Translations under genes and position numbers: made by a program
Shown here: piece by piece, positions 25,191 to 38,864 of the stretch
Layout: every line of letters begins with the position of its first letter
How positions within the stretch are numbered: position 1 is the stretch's first letter
Origin: Octopus bimaculoides
Lineage: Eukaryota
Length of the DNA: 64,000 nt
Direction: 5' to 3'
Assembly: GCF_001194135.2 (NCBI RefSeq)
Contig: NC_068987.1
Location: 45,943,378 to 46,007,377, forward strand
Notes under the pieces: generated by a model
What the model was told of the DNA's origin: nothing
What the model saw: the letters and a program-made list of their open reading frames with translations, nothing else
Database searches by the model: none

Positions 25191-26561
25191 GTAACACTGA
25201 AGCACACACATTCATTTGCTTTCTGTGCTATTACATTCACGAGGTTTAACAAAAATCTATTGGGCAGGTAACAGGCAAGTTGGTAGAAGTTGTTAGCAAT
25301 ACTCTGATAATGACTGCTGCTGCTGATGATGATGATGATGATTATGATGATGATAATGGCGATCATCATCATGAAAATGGTGATAATGATGAGGATGATG
25401 GCAATAAGTAACTACAGTCAACAATTTACCAAAGTGTTGGCAACAGACAATAGTTATTTTTGTTTGTTTTGTTTTTTCCAGAGCTCTAGACTAAGATATG
25501 TTAGGTTTTTGTCTGGTCTGGTCTGGTCTGGTCTGGTATCACCTTGCATAATTTGTCATCATAGTTAATTCTATGGTTGGAAGAGATGTTTGAGAATAGT
25601 GTAATGACAAACTTTCTTTTGAATGCAGCCATGAGGCTGTTCTTAAGCAACTAGAAACATATTCTGTTTTTGTACAGCAAGATTTGGCAAGCAACTGTGA
25701 TTATTTGTACAATAGGATTCCAAATCATGACTATATACCATGTGTGGATGATTTGAGATTTGTCTCTGAGTAGATGTTGAAGAAAATGGATAATAGTAGA
25801 AATAGTCTTGGAACTGATGCTAATTGGGAAACCAAGTCTTTGAGAAGTTTAAATTTTAACTGCTTCAATATTTTTGCTTCAAATATATTTGAAAATATGA
25901 AGAATTTAGGAAAATAACTTTGTCCTTACAAACAGCTGGTGTTTGGAACACAGACCAACATGAAATTCTGATAGAAAGTTTTAATTCAACTCACTTTAAA
26001 ACAATGAACCTTATGAAGAAGATGATAAAGGACCAAGATATGTAGTGCATTGCTGCGCTCAAGAAGACCCAGCTATCACAACAGAATTGAGCTCCTAAAA
26101 CCAAGATTCCACATAAAAAGCACTGGTTATGGTGGTTGGCATATAGAACGCAAGCCAAAACAGACTATGGAATCTAGTGCAACCCCTGGCCTTGCCAGTT
26201 CCTGTTAAGTGCATGTTTGCGTGGAAGACAGACAGTAAATGTTGATGATGATGATGAGTTTGTGCAATAGAACCAATGGTGGTCTCAAGTTGGTTAGTAT
26301 CAAAAGGGTCAGTGAATGCAGTATCCCATCACACCTTAGAGGTCAAACAATGGAGGCATTATTATCATTTAGTTATTTTGTCCAGGATATATGGAGTAAT
26401 TTCTTATGAGTAATAAGTAATATAGGTGAAAATTTAAACTTATGGCATTTATGGTTTAATATGTAGAGATTTTCTTTTTCCTCTTGTTAAATCCATTTTA
26501 ATACAATCTGAAAAAAGTTAGAGAAAAATGTAATAATGAAATCATTGTGCTTGTTTTGACT

Positions 26562-27090
26562 CTAACTTTTTCATGCTTGTATGAATCAGATGGAATTCAT
26601 TGTGGTAGATTAGATTTTCTATGGAAAGAAGCCCTTGCTGTTGCTAACATTTACCTGTTTCTAAGCAAGGTGATATTTCCTTATGGCCAGACAGGTCTCA
26701 CTGAATATGGAAATTGAATAACACTGCTTGTATGACAGTGAGACTCGTTTACAGAAACTTTGCAATGTCAAAACAAGGATACACACAAACTCACATACAC
26801 ACACACACACACAAACTCACATACACACACACACACAAACTCACATACACNNNNNNNNNNACATACACACACACACACACAAACTCACATACACACACAC
26901 ACACAAACTCACATACACACACACACACATACACTGAAGGGCTTCTTTCAGTTTCTTTCTACCAAATCCACTAAAAAGGCTTTGGTCGACCCTGACCTAT
27001 TGTAAGACACTTACCCAAGATGCCACTCAGCAGGATTAAATTTGAAACTATGTGGCTGAAACTTCTTAACTACACAATCATGTCTGCACC
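26562..27090 (-). mobile_element. SINE-B with internal AAACTCACAT(AC)n minisatellite
   Basis: Tail, ~22-24-bp tandem unit, core gggcttctttcagtttc..ccaaatccac, head. Confidence 0.8.
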
Positions 27091-27124
27091 CTGTCTTAAA
27101 ACAGCTTACATCTCAAACACACAC

Positions 27125-27194
<70 letters not shown>

Positions 27195-27925
27195 NNNNNN
27201 NNNNNNNNNNNNNNNNNNNNNNNNNNNNNNNNNNNNNNNNNNNNNNNNNGCTGCATAATTACTTAATTAGTGCATGGCAATACAAAAAAAAAAAAAAGTA
27301 AAAAGAGAATAAAAACTAAAAGCACTGTTAAAATTGTTAAAGTACATTAATCTCATTCTATTAAACATATATCATTCTGTTCTTACAGGACACACATATC
27401 AAATTACACTTCTTTGACTAGTCACCAAAATAAGAAGAAAAAAGTGTAAAAATAAGTAAGTGTGACATCCCATTCGCTACAGAAAGTTCCCTTCGTTGTC
27501 CAAATATCCTACGCCATCATCATCATCATTTTGTAACATACAATATTTTCCATGATCTCATATATCAAATGGATTTTTTTAATGGCTGGATGCCCTCCCT
27601 GCCATCAACCCTCATTTGTTTCTAAGTAAAGTAATATTTTCCCATGACCAGGCATGTTTTCATAGAAGATAGGAAATGAGCAATACACCTTGCAGGATGA
27701 AGATGTTCATTTGCAGCTATCATATGATGTCAAGAAACACACATTTTTATTAAAATTTAGCTGAAGCAACAAAATGGCTCAAGTGCCAAGAGTTTCAGGC
27801 ATTGGAACTTATCAAACTTATCAGCCCTTGAGTCACTCTGTTGCTTCTGCTAAATATTAATGAAAACACACATATACTCACATTTTGAGTTCTATTTTTC
27901 CTGTCTGCATCAACACACACACACA

Positions 27926-27971
<46 letters not shown>

Positions 27972-29289
27972 NNNNNNNNNNNNNNNNNNNNNNNNNNNNN
28001 NNNNNNNNNNNNNNNNNNNNNNNNNNNNNNNNNNNNNNNNNNNNNNNNNNNNNNNNNNNNNNNNNNNNNNNNNNNNNNNNNNNNNNNNNNNNNNNNNNNN
28101 NNNNNNNNNNNNNNNNNNNNNNNNNNNNNNNNNNNNNNNNNNNNNNNNNNNNNNNNNNNNNNNNNNNNNNNNNNNNNNNNNNNNNNNNNNNNNNNNNNNN
28201 NNNNNNNNNNNNNNNNNNNNNNNNNNNNNNNNNNNNNNNNNNNNNNNNNNNNNNNNNNNNNNNNNNNNNNNNNNNNNNNNNNNNNNNNNNNNNNNNNNNN
28301 NNNNNNNNNNNNNNNNNNNNNNNNNNNNNNNNNNNNNNNNNNNNNNNNNNNNNNNNNNNNNNNNNNNNNNNNNNNNNNNNNNNNNNNNNNNNNNNNNNNN
28401 NNNNNNNNNNNNNNNNNNNNNNNNNNNNNNNNNNNNNNNNNNNNNNNNNNNNNNNNNNNNNNNNNNNNNNNNNNNNNNNNNNNNNNNNNNNNNNNNNNNN
28501 NNNNNNNNNNNNNNNNNNNNNNNNNNNNNNNNNNNNNNNNNNNNNNNNNNNNNNNNNNNNNNNNNNNNNNNNNNNNNNNNNNNNNNNNNNNNNNNNNNNN
28601 NNNNNNNNNNNNNNNNNNNNNNNNNNNNNNNNNNNNNNNNNNNNNNNNNNNNNNNNNNNNNNNNNNNNNNNNNNNNNNNNNNNNNNNNNNNNNNNNNNNN
28701 NNNNNNNNNNNNNNNNNNNNNNNNNNNNNNNNNNNNNNNNNNNNNNNNNNNNNNNNNNNNNNNNNNNNNNNNNNNNNNNNNNNNNNNNNNNNNNNNNNNN
28801 NNNNNNNNNNNNNNNNNNNNNNNNNNNNNNNNNNNNNNNNNNNNNNNNNNNNGGCTCAATTCCACTGCTTGAAGACATTTGCCCTCAAGCAGTGGAATTG
28901 AGCCTTAAGCTACATGTTTGGAAAGCAAACTTCTTAATCACACAACCATGCTTGCACCTATTTTCTCTAATATATGAAATTCTCAGAGAACACTCAGATA
29001 ATGTCAAATGATCAACTAATCAAGCATGCCACTGTTTTAGGATTAAATGCTAATATCATAATCTCAAGCTGTACTGAAATACTGTTATAATGTAATGCCA
29101 TTTGAATTTCATGGATTATTTATGGTGGACCAGTTAGTGCACTGTAGTATCATCAAAAAGATAGTTAACACCTCTTTGGGTAGTCTCTATTTAATTTTTT
29201 TTTATATAACCATTATGTCTGCCTCTGCTTTATTTAGACATGTTTCAAAGTACTACATATATATATTCAAAATACTCTATGCTTTTTTT

Positions 29290-29513
29290 TTTTACCCTTT
29301 TCCTTGTTTCACTCATTAGACTGTGGCCATGTTGGGGCACCACTTTGTGGAATTTTAGTAGGACTAATCGAACCCAGTACCTATTTTCTTTTATAAGCCT
29401 GATACTAATTTTATTGGTCCCTTTTGCTGAATAACTAAGTTATGAGGATGAAAACACACAGTGGTGGGGGACAAACGAAAACATACACACAAATACATAC
29501 ATACATACATACA

Positions 29514-29549
<36 letters not shown>

Positions 29550-29660
29550 CAACAGGTGCTTTTCAGTTTCTGTCTACCGAATCCACTCACAAAGCTTTGG
29601 GTGGCTCAAGGCTATAGTAGAAGACGCTTGCCCAAGGTGTCACACAGTAGGACTGAACCT
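29290..29660 (-). mobile_element. SINE-B, AAAGAT-type tail, internal (TACA)n
   Basis: gtttcactcattagactgtggccatg..ggggcacc tail; core and head on - strand. Confidence 0.8.
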
Positions 29661-30214
29661 GGAACCAATTGGTTTAGAAATATATATATTTAAATTATTC
29701 TAGTCCATTAAAAAATTATATCTACCTCTCTGTTAATCAGTCTGTCTGCCTGTTTTTCTGACTGCATAAATACATACTCAACCTGATAACTCAACACTAC
29801 TATTTTCTTTCTTACCCACCACCTCCATCCTGGATATTCCCACCCACTCTTTTATAATGTGAGTAGCTATGTATCTCCTCAACAGTAAGACACATATTCT
29901 GGCCTTGCCTTTTATACTTTAACCTTTCATCTCTAAGCATAAAGCCACCTCACCTCCACTACTGTTAGTCCTGATTAGCTACATGGTGAACTCACTAGTT
30001 TTGGTGCAATTCGAAAGAAAAGAAAGCTCAAAAGCATGCAGTACACTAGTTGGTGTTAGGAAGGGCATGTAGCCTTAGAAACCACACCAGAGCAAGCAAT
30101 GGAATATGATGTGGTGCTCATACTTGTCAGATCCTTTCAAATTATTCCAACCCATGCCAGTATGGAAGATGGACATTAAAAGATGTTGATGATGATGAAA
30201 GATGATCATGGTAT

Positions 30215-30245
<31 letters not shown>

Positions 30246-30495
30246 TATACACACACATGGTCACTAATGCACACATACATATAAATATGTATAGGCACAA
30301 GCATGGTTGTTTGGTTTCAAGTTCAGTCCCATTGCATGACCACTTGGACAAGTGTCTTCTGCTATAGCTTTTGGCTGACTGAAGCCTTTTGATTGAATTT
30401 GGTATGTGAAAGTTCCATCATGTGTGAGAGAGCTTGTACCTCCTATAACAGATAGGAGGGAAAACACATATATATATATGTACTTACATGTGCAT

Positions 30496-30531
<36 letters not shown>

Positions 30532-31499
30532 NNNNNNNNNNNNNNNNNNNNNNNNNNNNNNNNNNNNNNNNNNNNNNNNNNNNNNNNNNNNNNNNNNNNN
30601 NNNNNNNNNNNNNNNNNNNNNNNNNNNNNNNNNNNNNNNNNNNNNNNNNNNNNNNNNNNNNNNNNNNNNNNNNNNNNNNNNNNNNNNNNNNNNNNNNNNN
30701 NNNNNNNNNNNNNNNNNNNNNNNNNNNNNNNNNNNNNNNNNNNNNNNNNNNNNNNNNNNNNNNNNNNNNNNNNNNNNNNNNNNNNNNNNNNNNNNNNNNN
30801 NNNNNNNNNNNNNNNNNNNNNNNNNNNNNNNNNNNNNNNNNNNNNNNNNNNNNNNNNNNNNNNNNNNNNNNNNNNNNNNNNNNNNNNNNNNNNNNNNNNN
30901 NNNNNNNNNNNNNNNNNNNNNNNNNNNNNNNNNNNNNNNNNNNNNNNNNNNNNNNNNNNNNNNNNNNNNNNNNNNNNNNNNNNNNNNNNNNNNNNNNNNN
31001 NNNNNNNNNNNNNNNNNNNNNNNNNNNNNNNNNNNNNNNNNNNNNNNNNNNNNNNNNNNNNNNNNNNNNNNNNNNNNNNNNNNNNNNNNNNNNNNNNNNN
31101 NNNNNNNNNNNNNNNNNNNNNNNNNNNNNNNNNNNNNNNNNNNNNNNNNNNNNNNNNNNNNNNNNNNNNNNNNNNNNNNNNNNNNNNNNNNNNNNNNNNN
31201 NNNNNNNNNNNNNNNNNNNNNNNNNNNNNNNNNNNNNNNNNNNNNNNNNNNNNNNNNNNNNNNNNNNNNNNNNNNNNNNNNAAAATGGAACAGTTTGAGG
31301 ATAGAAACCAGGTGTAAACACAATACCTTATAGACATACTCTGAATGTAGTTCTATATAAATCTTTAATAATTTTTTTTATACTTAAGACCATCAGAAAT
31401 GTTAAGATATCAGCCTCTACCCATGTTGTCATGCTTTGATTAAAAGGTTACAGCATAGATTAGATTACTTAGATAAGTTTCAGCCGAAGTTGACTCAGG

Positions 31500-31950
31500 C
31501 CATGTTTAATTTAATAGCACCACCTGGAAGAGATACACAGTCAGCTCTGGGGAACCGTAGCCCATTCAAGCAGAGGGTTATTGTTTTCAGAGACATATCT
31601 GGGTGTGGGTCGTTTATCTGATATTTGTTGGGGGTAATCATCTAGGGATCGTTTGAATGCCGTGAAGTCACTTTCCTCCTTTATGTGTGACTGGCACGAT
31701 GTTGAAGAGAGCAGGGCCAATTGAGGTGAAATAGTTCTGTCATAGTGTTGTGATACGACACGAACATTTCTGTAGTGGATGGATGGCACGGGGGCCAAGC
31801 CTCGGATGAATTTTAAAGATGGACAATGTTGATAGAATATTTTCCACATCATACAGATGATATAGAGTTCACAGTGGCGGTGGAGGGAGCAAAGCCTGAG
31901 CTTTTTGAGTCGATCCCAGTAGTCAAGGCTTGTCATGTTATCCTCCACAG
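31500..31950 (-). mobile_element. CR1/L2-group LINE 3' remnant
   Basis: ORF 31541-31948 LDYWDRLKKLRLCSLHRHCELYIICMMWKI resembles LSY.ERL..L.L.SL.RRR..Y....KI; also AFKRSLD.Y...I.D.P. Confidence 0.7.
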
Positions 31951-32325
31951 ACCTCCGCCAAGCAGTTCATTTTAAGATAGATATGCGAGTAAAATTACTA
32001 ATAAAGAAACGAAAATAAACTTTGGAAACAGCAATGCCACCATAGGTTATGTGGAAACGATGAATATGTTTCCAAGGGAGACAATCAAAGAATGTAACAT
32101 TGTTATACTTCATGTAAAGTAAATATAACAAAGGAAAAATCCTTCAAGAATCCATAAAAATTCCCGGATCACTACCAAAATTTCATCACATGTTCCTTGT
32201 GTCATTACCAACATTTTCTATAAGTTTAATCATATACTGTTTCCAACTTTTTGAGTTATTTTGCACACAGATGGACAGACCAATGCCAATGAAAACATAA
32301 CCTCCTTCCTTGGCGGAGGTAATAA
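31951..32325 (+). mobile_element. Helentron/HINE (DINE-1-like) non-autonomous element, putative
   Basis: Perfect 12-bp inverted repeats ACCTCCGCCAAG (31951-31962) and CTTGGCGGAGGT (32309-32320); terminal hairpin ACCTCC..GGAGGT at 32300-32320. Confidence 0.5.
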
Positions 32326-32486
32326 ATTAAGTACAGACATCAATGTAAATTGATCATTCACCAGAGGGCAGTCTCATCTTCCTGTATGGCCACAGCTCGA
32401 TGACTGTGACCAATAAAAGAATAAAAGAAAATGTTTATGATGAATTGTATACATACATACACTCTCCTCTTTCTCTCTCCCTCCGC

Positions 32487-32553
<67 letters not shown>

Positions 32554-33039
32554 GAAGTCTAGTTCTATTTTTGTATCACTTTGATATCTATTTTTATTGA
32601 ATTGATGTGAACTTGCGAATTTATCTAGTTTTGTGCTCCCGACAGTGGAAGCTACTTGTAATAAAATAAACAAAGAAAGAAACGAGAAGTCGTGACTATA
32701 CCAGATACAAGATGGAGTAGAGGAGTGACTATACACAATGCTGATAAAGAACTCATCCCAGCAACTACAGCAACAACACACAACAGTGATGGTGGTGATG
32801 ATGATGAATGATAGCGATCATGCCCATAGTGGTGAGATGATGGAAATGACGGTAATGGTAGAAATATATATGTTAATTACATATGATATTTATATATTAT
32901 GTGTGTAGTGAGTGTATATGTGAGTGTATATGTGAGTGTAATAAATGTAATTTTTTACTGCAGATTACATGCAACTTATTTGTGTTCATTAATCTAAAAA
33001 TTTAAATCCTTTCATTATCTCCTCCCCTTTTTTTTCTAG

Positions 33040-33058
33040 AATAAATGATGGTGACAAT

Positions 33059-33090
<32 letters not shown>

Positions 33091-33320
33091 CAACAATAAT
33101 GATGACAGTGATAATGTTAACAATAATGACGGTGATGGTGATGATAATGATAATGATGATAATGATGACAATGATGACGATGTTAATGATCTCGATGAAA
33201 TGATGATGATGATGACGATGATGATAATGTTAATGATGCTGATGACAGAACTGGCGCCCCCAATGATGACAGTGACGATGATGATAATGATAATAACAAC
33301 AATGACTGATGATGATGAAA
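33040..33320. repeat. Degenerate (GAT/GAC/AAT)n trinucleotide tract
   Basis: Directly visible. Confidence 0.9.
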
Positions 33321-34039
33321 AAAATGGTGATGCTACTGTCATCAACCCTGACTCTACAGCTGGCTGTCCATTTCATAACATATCCATCACCTCACTTCCT
33401 GATTCTTCAACGATATCTCAAACTCAATTATTTTATCATCATAATCTAAAATATATTTTGAAACCTCTTCTTAACCACTTATCATTTTAGTCTGCCATTC
33501 AAATATAAAGATAGTTTACCCATTGCATTGTAAAAAATATTAACTCACTTCTAGCATCTTACTACAATTCCATATATATTTCCAAGTATATTTACTAATT
33601 AAGTTGTCAGAGTCTGTTCCTATTGATCTGAGCAGATCGAGAGGAGCATAGCTCAGAAAAATGTCCCCAATGACAGAATAAATGAATGAAAACCTAAGAT
33701 CTCAATGGCTGAAATGGCAGGAGAAACCAAAACCAGAAGGAATTGCTATGAAGGCATAGCTCAAGCAATGTGAATGATGATGACAGACAGTTGCAGTTTT
33801 ATTGCCTGGCTCTGCATGTCACATTTTGCATGTGCTGTAGAGGATGTTTTTGAAACCACACAGTCCATGGTGGGGGTAATTTCCTGGCAAGTTGGGATCC
33901 ACCCGAATCAAAACCGCACACTATCAGCATTTCTTCATTGATCACTGAACAGCAACTATAGAGAGATTATTGTGGGGTGAACATTCTTACATGGTGAACT
34001 GAACAATTATAGAGAAATTGTTGTAAGGTGAACAATATG

Positions 34040-34334
34040 GGTAAAGAACCCTTTTGGTCATGAATGACTATGGGAAAGTTCTCCTCCAAGGCACAAGTTC
34101 AAGCAAGGTTGTTTTATGGAAGACCAGCAGTCACCCATGCATACCAGCCTCCCCTCTCCATGCCACTGGTGTTATCCAAGTGAAAGGTAAAGGCCAATAC
34201 TGAGTGATCTGGAGCAATGTGAGATAAAGTGTCTTGCTCAAGAAGACAACACACAATCAGGCCTGGGAATCGAACTCACTGCCTCATGATTGTGAGCCTG
34301 ACACTCTAACCATTGAGCCATGTGCCTTCACAAA
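34040..34334 (-). mobile_element. SINE-C (tRNA head + CORE-like gtgttgt..cttgagcaagacact) with 12-bp target-site duplication
   Basis: GTGAACAATATG at 34028-34039 and 34335-34346; A-box tggctcaatggttaga, B-box gagttcgattccc; matches 56725-57040. Confidence 0.85.
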
Positions 34335-35076
34335 GTGAACAATATGATACAGGGAACCGAATAATTCTAGTAGAGTAGTTGCTTGATGATAAACATTCTT
34401 ACATGAGTGGTTGTTGTAGGGTGAACGTTCTTACATAGTGAACTGAACAGCTACGTTATAGAGAACTAGTGAATTAAATACTTGATTCAAAGTGAACAGA
34501 CCAATTGTTTTAGTAAACCGAACAGTTAAATATTCCACTGATAAGTTAATGTCAATTCATAAACTGACATTAAATTTTCTGCCTTCTAATTTGATTTTTC
34601 ATATTCTACTTCTCCATAAATTTGCTGTGTGACATTGTAACTGCATCATGGTCAATCCATTGCCACCACCACCACCGCACCGACATTATTATCACTATAA
34701 CTGCTGCTTGTACCACAGTAATAGTAACAACAACAACAGCAGCACCACCACCACCATCACTGCCACCACCACTACCACCATCACCCCTACCACCATTGCC
34801 ACTGTTATTACAACAGTTCATTTCTCATACGTCTAAGAAGATTAGAAGTGATTAGGGCTAGCATATTTGGCTGACTTCTAAAGCTATTGCCTCACATTTA
34901 ATTCTCCTTGCCTGCCTCTTCTCATTATCAAACCAATTTACTGATATCTATACTCTTACATACAACTGGTAAAAACTTCATCTGAAACCAACCAGTGTCA
35001 AACCTAAGAAGCTGAAAGCTATCCTGAATAAGCCTGCCCTCTCTCCCTCTCTCTCTCACACACAAACACACACACA

Positions 35077-35112
<36 letters not shown>

Positions 35113-35270
35113 GAGGCATTATTGTATAGTAATGCCTTTATATAAATGTATATCTATATATATATATATATATATGTTGATGCACTGTTTTCTCCAGAAA
35201 AATACAGCAGGCAAATTTCAAAACTTAGGTTGCTTAACTCACTAGAATTTAAGTCTTCTGGCTTATACTT

Positions 35271-35398
35271 TGATCATAATCCTTAATGATCATAGCCCCT
35301 GATGATCATAACACTTCATAATCATAACCCCTAATGACCGTAACCTTTGATGGTCATAACTCCTGATAGTCATAATCCATGGTGGTCTAATCCCTGTA
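35271..35398. repeat. Degenerate 16-bp minisatellite (consensus TGATCATAACCCCTAA), ~8 units
   Basis: Units stay in register from 35271. Confidence 0.8.
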
Positions 35399-35641
35399 AA
35401 TTTATAACATCATATGACTGATAAGAATTCATATTAGGAGTTCAATCAATCAATGTCATCTTCACATTGTCTCTCTTTCTCCCTCCCTTCTGCCCCCATC
35501 CCTATCTTTCTCTTCAGTATTTAAAGTTAATTTTTGTAGTGTATGAAGGACTTTGTGCGACAAAATTGGGGTGAGTGGGAGAGTGTATATGAAATGTTAG
35601 GTTAGCTGGAAGAAGTTTTTAACATTCACCTTGAGTTTCAG

Positions 35642-35866
35642 GTTAGAAATTCTGGGGTTTTGAAATGTAGAAATGAATACACTCTCAAGCAGAGTTTTTA
35701 TCCCGTAAAAGAAACATATTTTGGTAGCAGATTCCAAAACAAAATTGTTAACACCAGACTTAACACAGGGCTTGAAGTTGGTGGCACACATGAAGGCAAT
35801 TTCAGTTTTAAATTTGAATGTTCCAGAAAACCAGATTGTGATATTCACAAGGAAGACTTGTTAAAG
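35642..35866 (+). CDS. Candidate phase-0/phase-0 exon of an unknown gene
   Basis: Acceptor gagtttcAG, 75 open high-complexity codons (VRNSGVLKCRNEY..RKPDCDIHKEDLLK), donor aag|GTTTAT; no family recognised. Confidence 0.25.
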
Positions 35867-36292
35867 GTTTATATGGAATAGAAAATGGTGAGAAAGATAA
35901 TGAACATATTTAATAAATGAGTGTTTGATTGGTTCTTAATATTGTATTGTCTAATGTTAAATAATATTCGAGAGAGACAAGAAATAACTAGACTAGTAGC
36001 AGCAGTGATAAAAAGAAAACAATAATTATTAGTCGTTATGAAAGTCTTCACTTGACAAATATAGTGATGTATAAATCAAGATGGCATCTTTGACACTGCA
36101 ACAAGAACCATAATGGAGAAGAGCTGTGTTAGTTGTGATAATAGAAGTTATCAATAAAAAATTTTCTCTCTCTCCCTCTTTCTTTCACTTGCTCAATAAA
36201 TGCTTCTAATATTAAACTAAGAAACCCAGTAAAAGTTCTTAATTATGCCAACATGGCTATTTTTATGATAATTATGTCACTCTCTTTTTATA

Positions 36293-36713
36293 GATGCAGG
36301 CATGGCTGTAGGGTAAGAAGTATGCTTCCTAATCACATAGTTCTGGGTTCAGTCCCACAGTGTGATACCTTGGATAAGTATCTTCTATTGTAGCCTTGGG
36401 CTGACCAAAACCTTGTGTATGGATTTGGTAGAAAGAAACTGAAAGAAGCCAGTCATATATATGTGTGTGTGTATATGTGTGTCTTCGTATCTGTGTTTGT
36501 TCCCCTACCACCACTTAACAACCAGTGCTGCTGTGTTTGCGTCCCACTAACTTAGCAATTTGGTAAATAGAATAGCCCCAATAGAATAAGTACTAGGCTT
36601 GAAGAATAAGTACTGGGGTTAATTCATTTGACTAAAAATTCAAGGCAGTGCCCCAGCATGGCCGCAGTCTAATGACTGAAACAAGTAAAAAATAAAAGGT
36701 AAAAGATAAAAAA
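36293..36713 (+). mobile_element. SINE-B, full-length with AAAGAT-type tail
   Basis: Clean head-core-(TA/TG)-tail; followed immediately by an inverted shorter relative at ~36720-36900. Confidence 0.9.
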
Positions 36714-37200
36714 TGTATTTCTTATCTTTGTTAGTTTCAGCTTAAGACCCGTTGTCATGCTGGGGCGCCATTGTATGATGAGTTTCTGCACAGATTCCAT
36801 CTCTAAGGATAAGATATTGGTTATCTCAAGTCTCCCAGTAGAAGGCACTTGTTGAAGGTGCTACTGAGAGGGATTATAACTGGAATCACATGGTTCTGTG
36901 TAGTTGTGAAGTGAGATCCTTAATCTCCCAGATATGCTATTAAATAGATATCACTAGTTATAGTGCTTTGTCCTGTTTTTGGAACCCTACATCCTTAGCC
37001 TAGACAAAACACACACTGGAGAAACTACTTCCTACTCAGAAGTAACAAATATGTCAAATGTACTGAGTCTTTACTTAATCTTTACAACACAACAGATTAT
37101 AATTATTTTATCACAGAGTATTACTTCCTACAACAGAAAGGATTTTCCTAGCAATGAAAAATATATCTCCAGCAAACATGATTCTTTTTATCTGATGTCT

Positions 37201-37428
37201 TTAATCCTTTAGCATTCACATTATTCTGTCAAAAGTAATGCTTATTTATTCATATTGTTTTAAATTAATTGCACATTATCTTGTAGCTTTTAGATTTTGA
37301 TGAGGTAACTGTTAATTTTTAGAATGGTATTGTGGGGTTGGTGTGAGAGGCCACATCTGGCTAGTTTTTACATAAAACAGGTAGAATATTTTGGCAAGGT
37401 ATGGCCAGTTTAAATGCTAGAGGGTTAA
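37201..37428. mobile_element. Complete TTAA-flanked (piggyBac-like) MITE
   Basis: TTAA|TCCTTTAGCATT...AATGCTAGAGGG|TTAA; 12-bp TIRs with 2 mismatches. Confidence 0.75.
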
Positions 37429-38269
37429 GGCAAGACTTATCTCTACTAACACAAAATGATAAGTATGGCTTCTGTTATCCTAAGGTTGTTAAGCAATTTC
37501 TTTTCTACAGGTTTCTCCTATGCACTCTATCCTTTGTAGAACTACATATCTTTCTACTCCCTATTTCATCAACCCTATATTTCTTGAATTTAATATTTAC
37601 TAAAATATGCTATTCAATTTATCTATTTTCACTTGTTTAACTGTTATCCATGCTACTTGTGCACTTTCTCCTTTTGATACCAACCTGCCTGAGACTGCTG
37701 CAACCCCTTAGTTCTGTAATACAAATGACCTATTTTAAGGGGATCGAAAATGAAATCTTCCATAAAAATTCCATATTAATTTATGTGCCAAAAGTTAGCT
37801 TAGTAACAGCAAAGTTGTTTTTTTCAATAAATACTTCATTATTTTAAACATTAATTGAAATCAAGGGAGTACATTTCAGCAGAAATATAGCAACAAAAGA
37901 GTTAAAATGAGGCCTATATAGGCTATGGTATTTGAACACATAATGCATACAGCAATAAAGTAAACAAAAATTAATAAAAGTCTTCCTATTCCTCCTTATC
38001 ATCATCATCACCATTACTGTTATCATCATTTAATGTCTATGGGCTGACAGCTTGATAGGATCTGACAGGTCGGAAGACTGCATCAGGCTAGTAAGGTCAC
38101 CATGAAGCCAACAAGACTAAGTGAGGTTTCATCAACTTAGTAAGGTTTCAGTAGAATAGCAAAGACCCTACTGGTCACAATTCTTTTGACTTTGATGAAA
38201 AAAGAAAACATAGCCAAGATGATGGATTGAATTGCATTTTGTAGTAAAGATGAAATTCAAGCAATATAA

Positions 38270-38824
38270 GTTTCAAATTTTAGCACAAGACCAGCAGTTT
38301 TAGGGAAGGAGCTACATCAAACCCAATGCTTAAATGTTAGTTATTATATCGACCCCAAAAGGAAGGAAGGCAAAATCAACCTTGGTGAAATTTGAATTCA
38401 GAATATAAGGAGGGTGAAATACCACTAAGCATTTTACCCAGCATACTAATAATTCTGATAGTTCAGTGCCTTAAATTCAAGAAATATAGAATTCAAGAAA
38501 TATGGAGCCATAAAGATATATTGGAAACCTGTAGTAAAGATATTGTGCTAGTAACTTTAAGGCATCATCATTGTCATCATCATCATTTTCATCAGTTTGA
38601 CACTCACTTTTCCATGTTTGCATGGGCTGGACAGAATTCATTGAATCAAGTGCCCTTCTGGTTGCCAACCCTCACCTGTTTTCAAACTAGATAACATATT
38701 CCCATAAACAGACATGTTTTGCATGGAAGATTAGAAATGAAGGACACTGTTTGTATGACAGTGACACCCATTTGTAACTATCATGCAATGGCAAGACAAG
38801 GAAACACACCTATGCGCAAGCATG

Positions 38825-38864
<40 letters not shown>

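Noticed and set aside
25600-25775. 57-codon open frame CNDKLSFECSHEAV..
   Set aside because: No convincing in-frame donor and no recognisable family; length expected by chance
27795-31337. Long ORFs of 280-430 aa in the ORF track (also 57646-58973, 43311-44022)
   Set aside because: They are N gaps plus microsatellite translations
34040-34334. SINE heads as functional tRNA genes (also 46162, 56725)
   Set aside because: A/B boxes are present but there is no acceptor stem, and they run directly into SINE bodies
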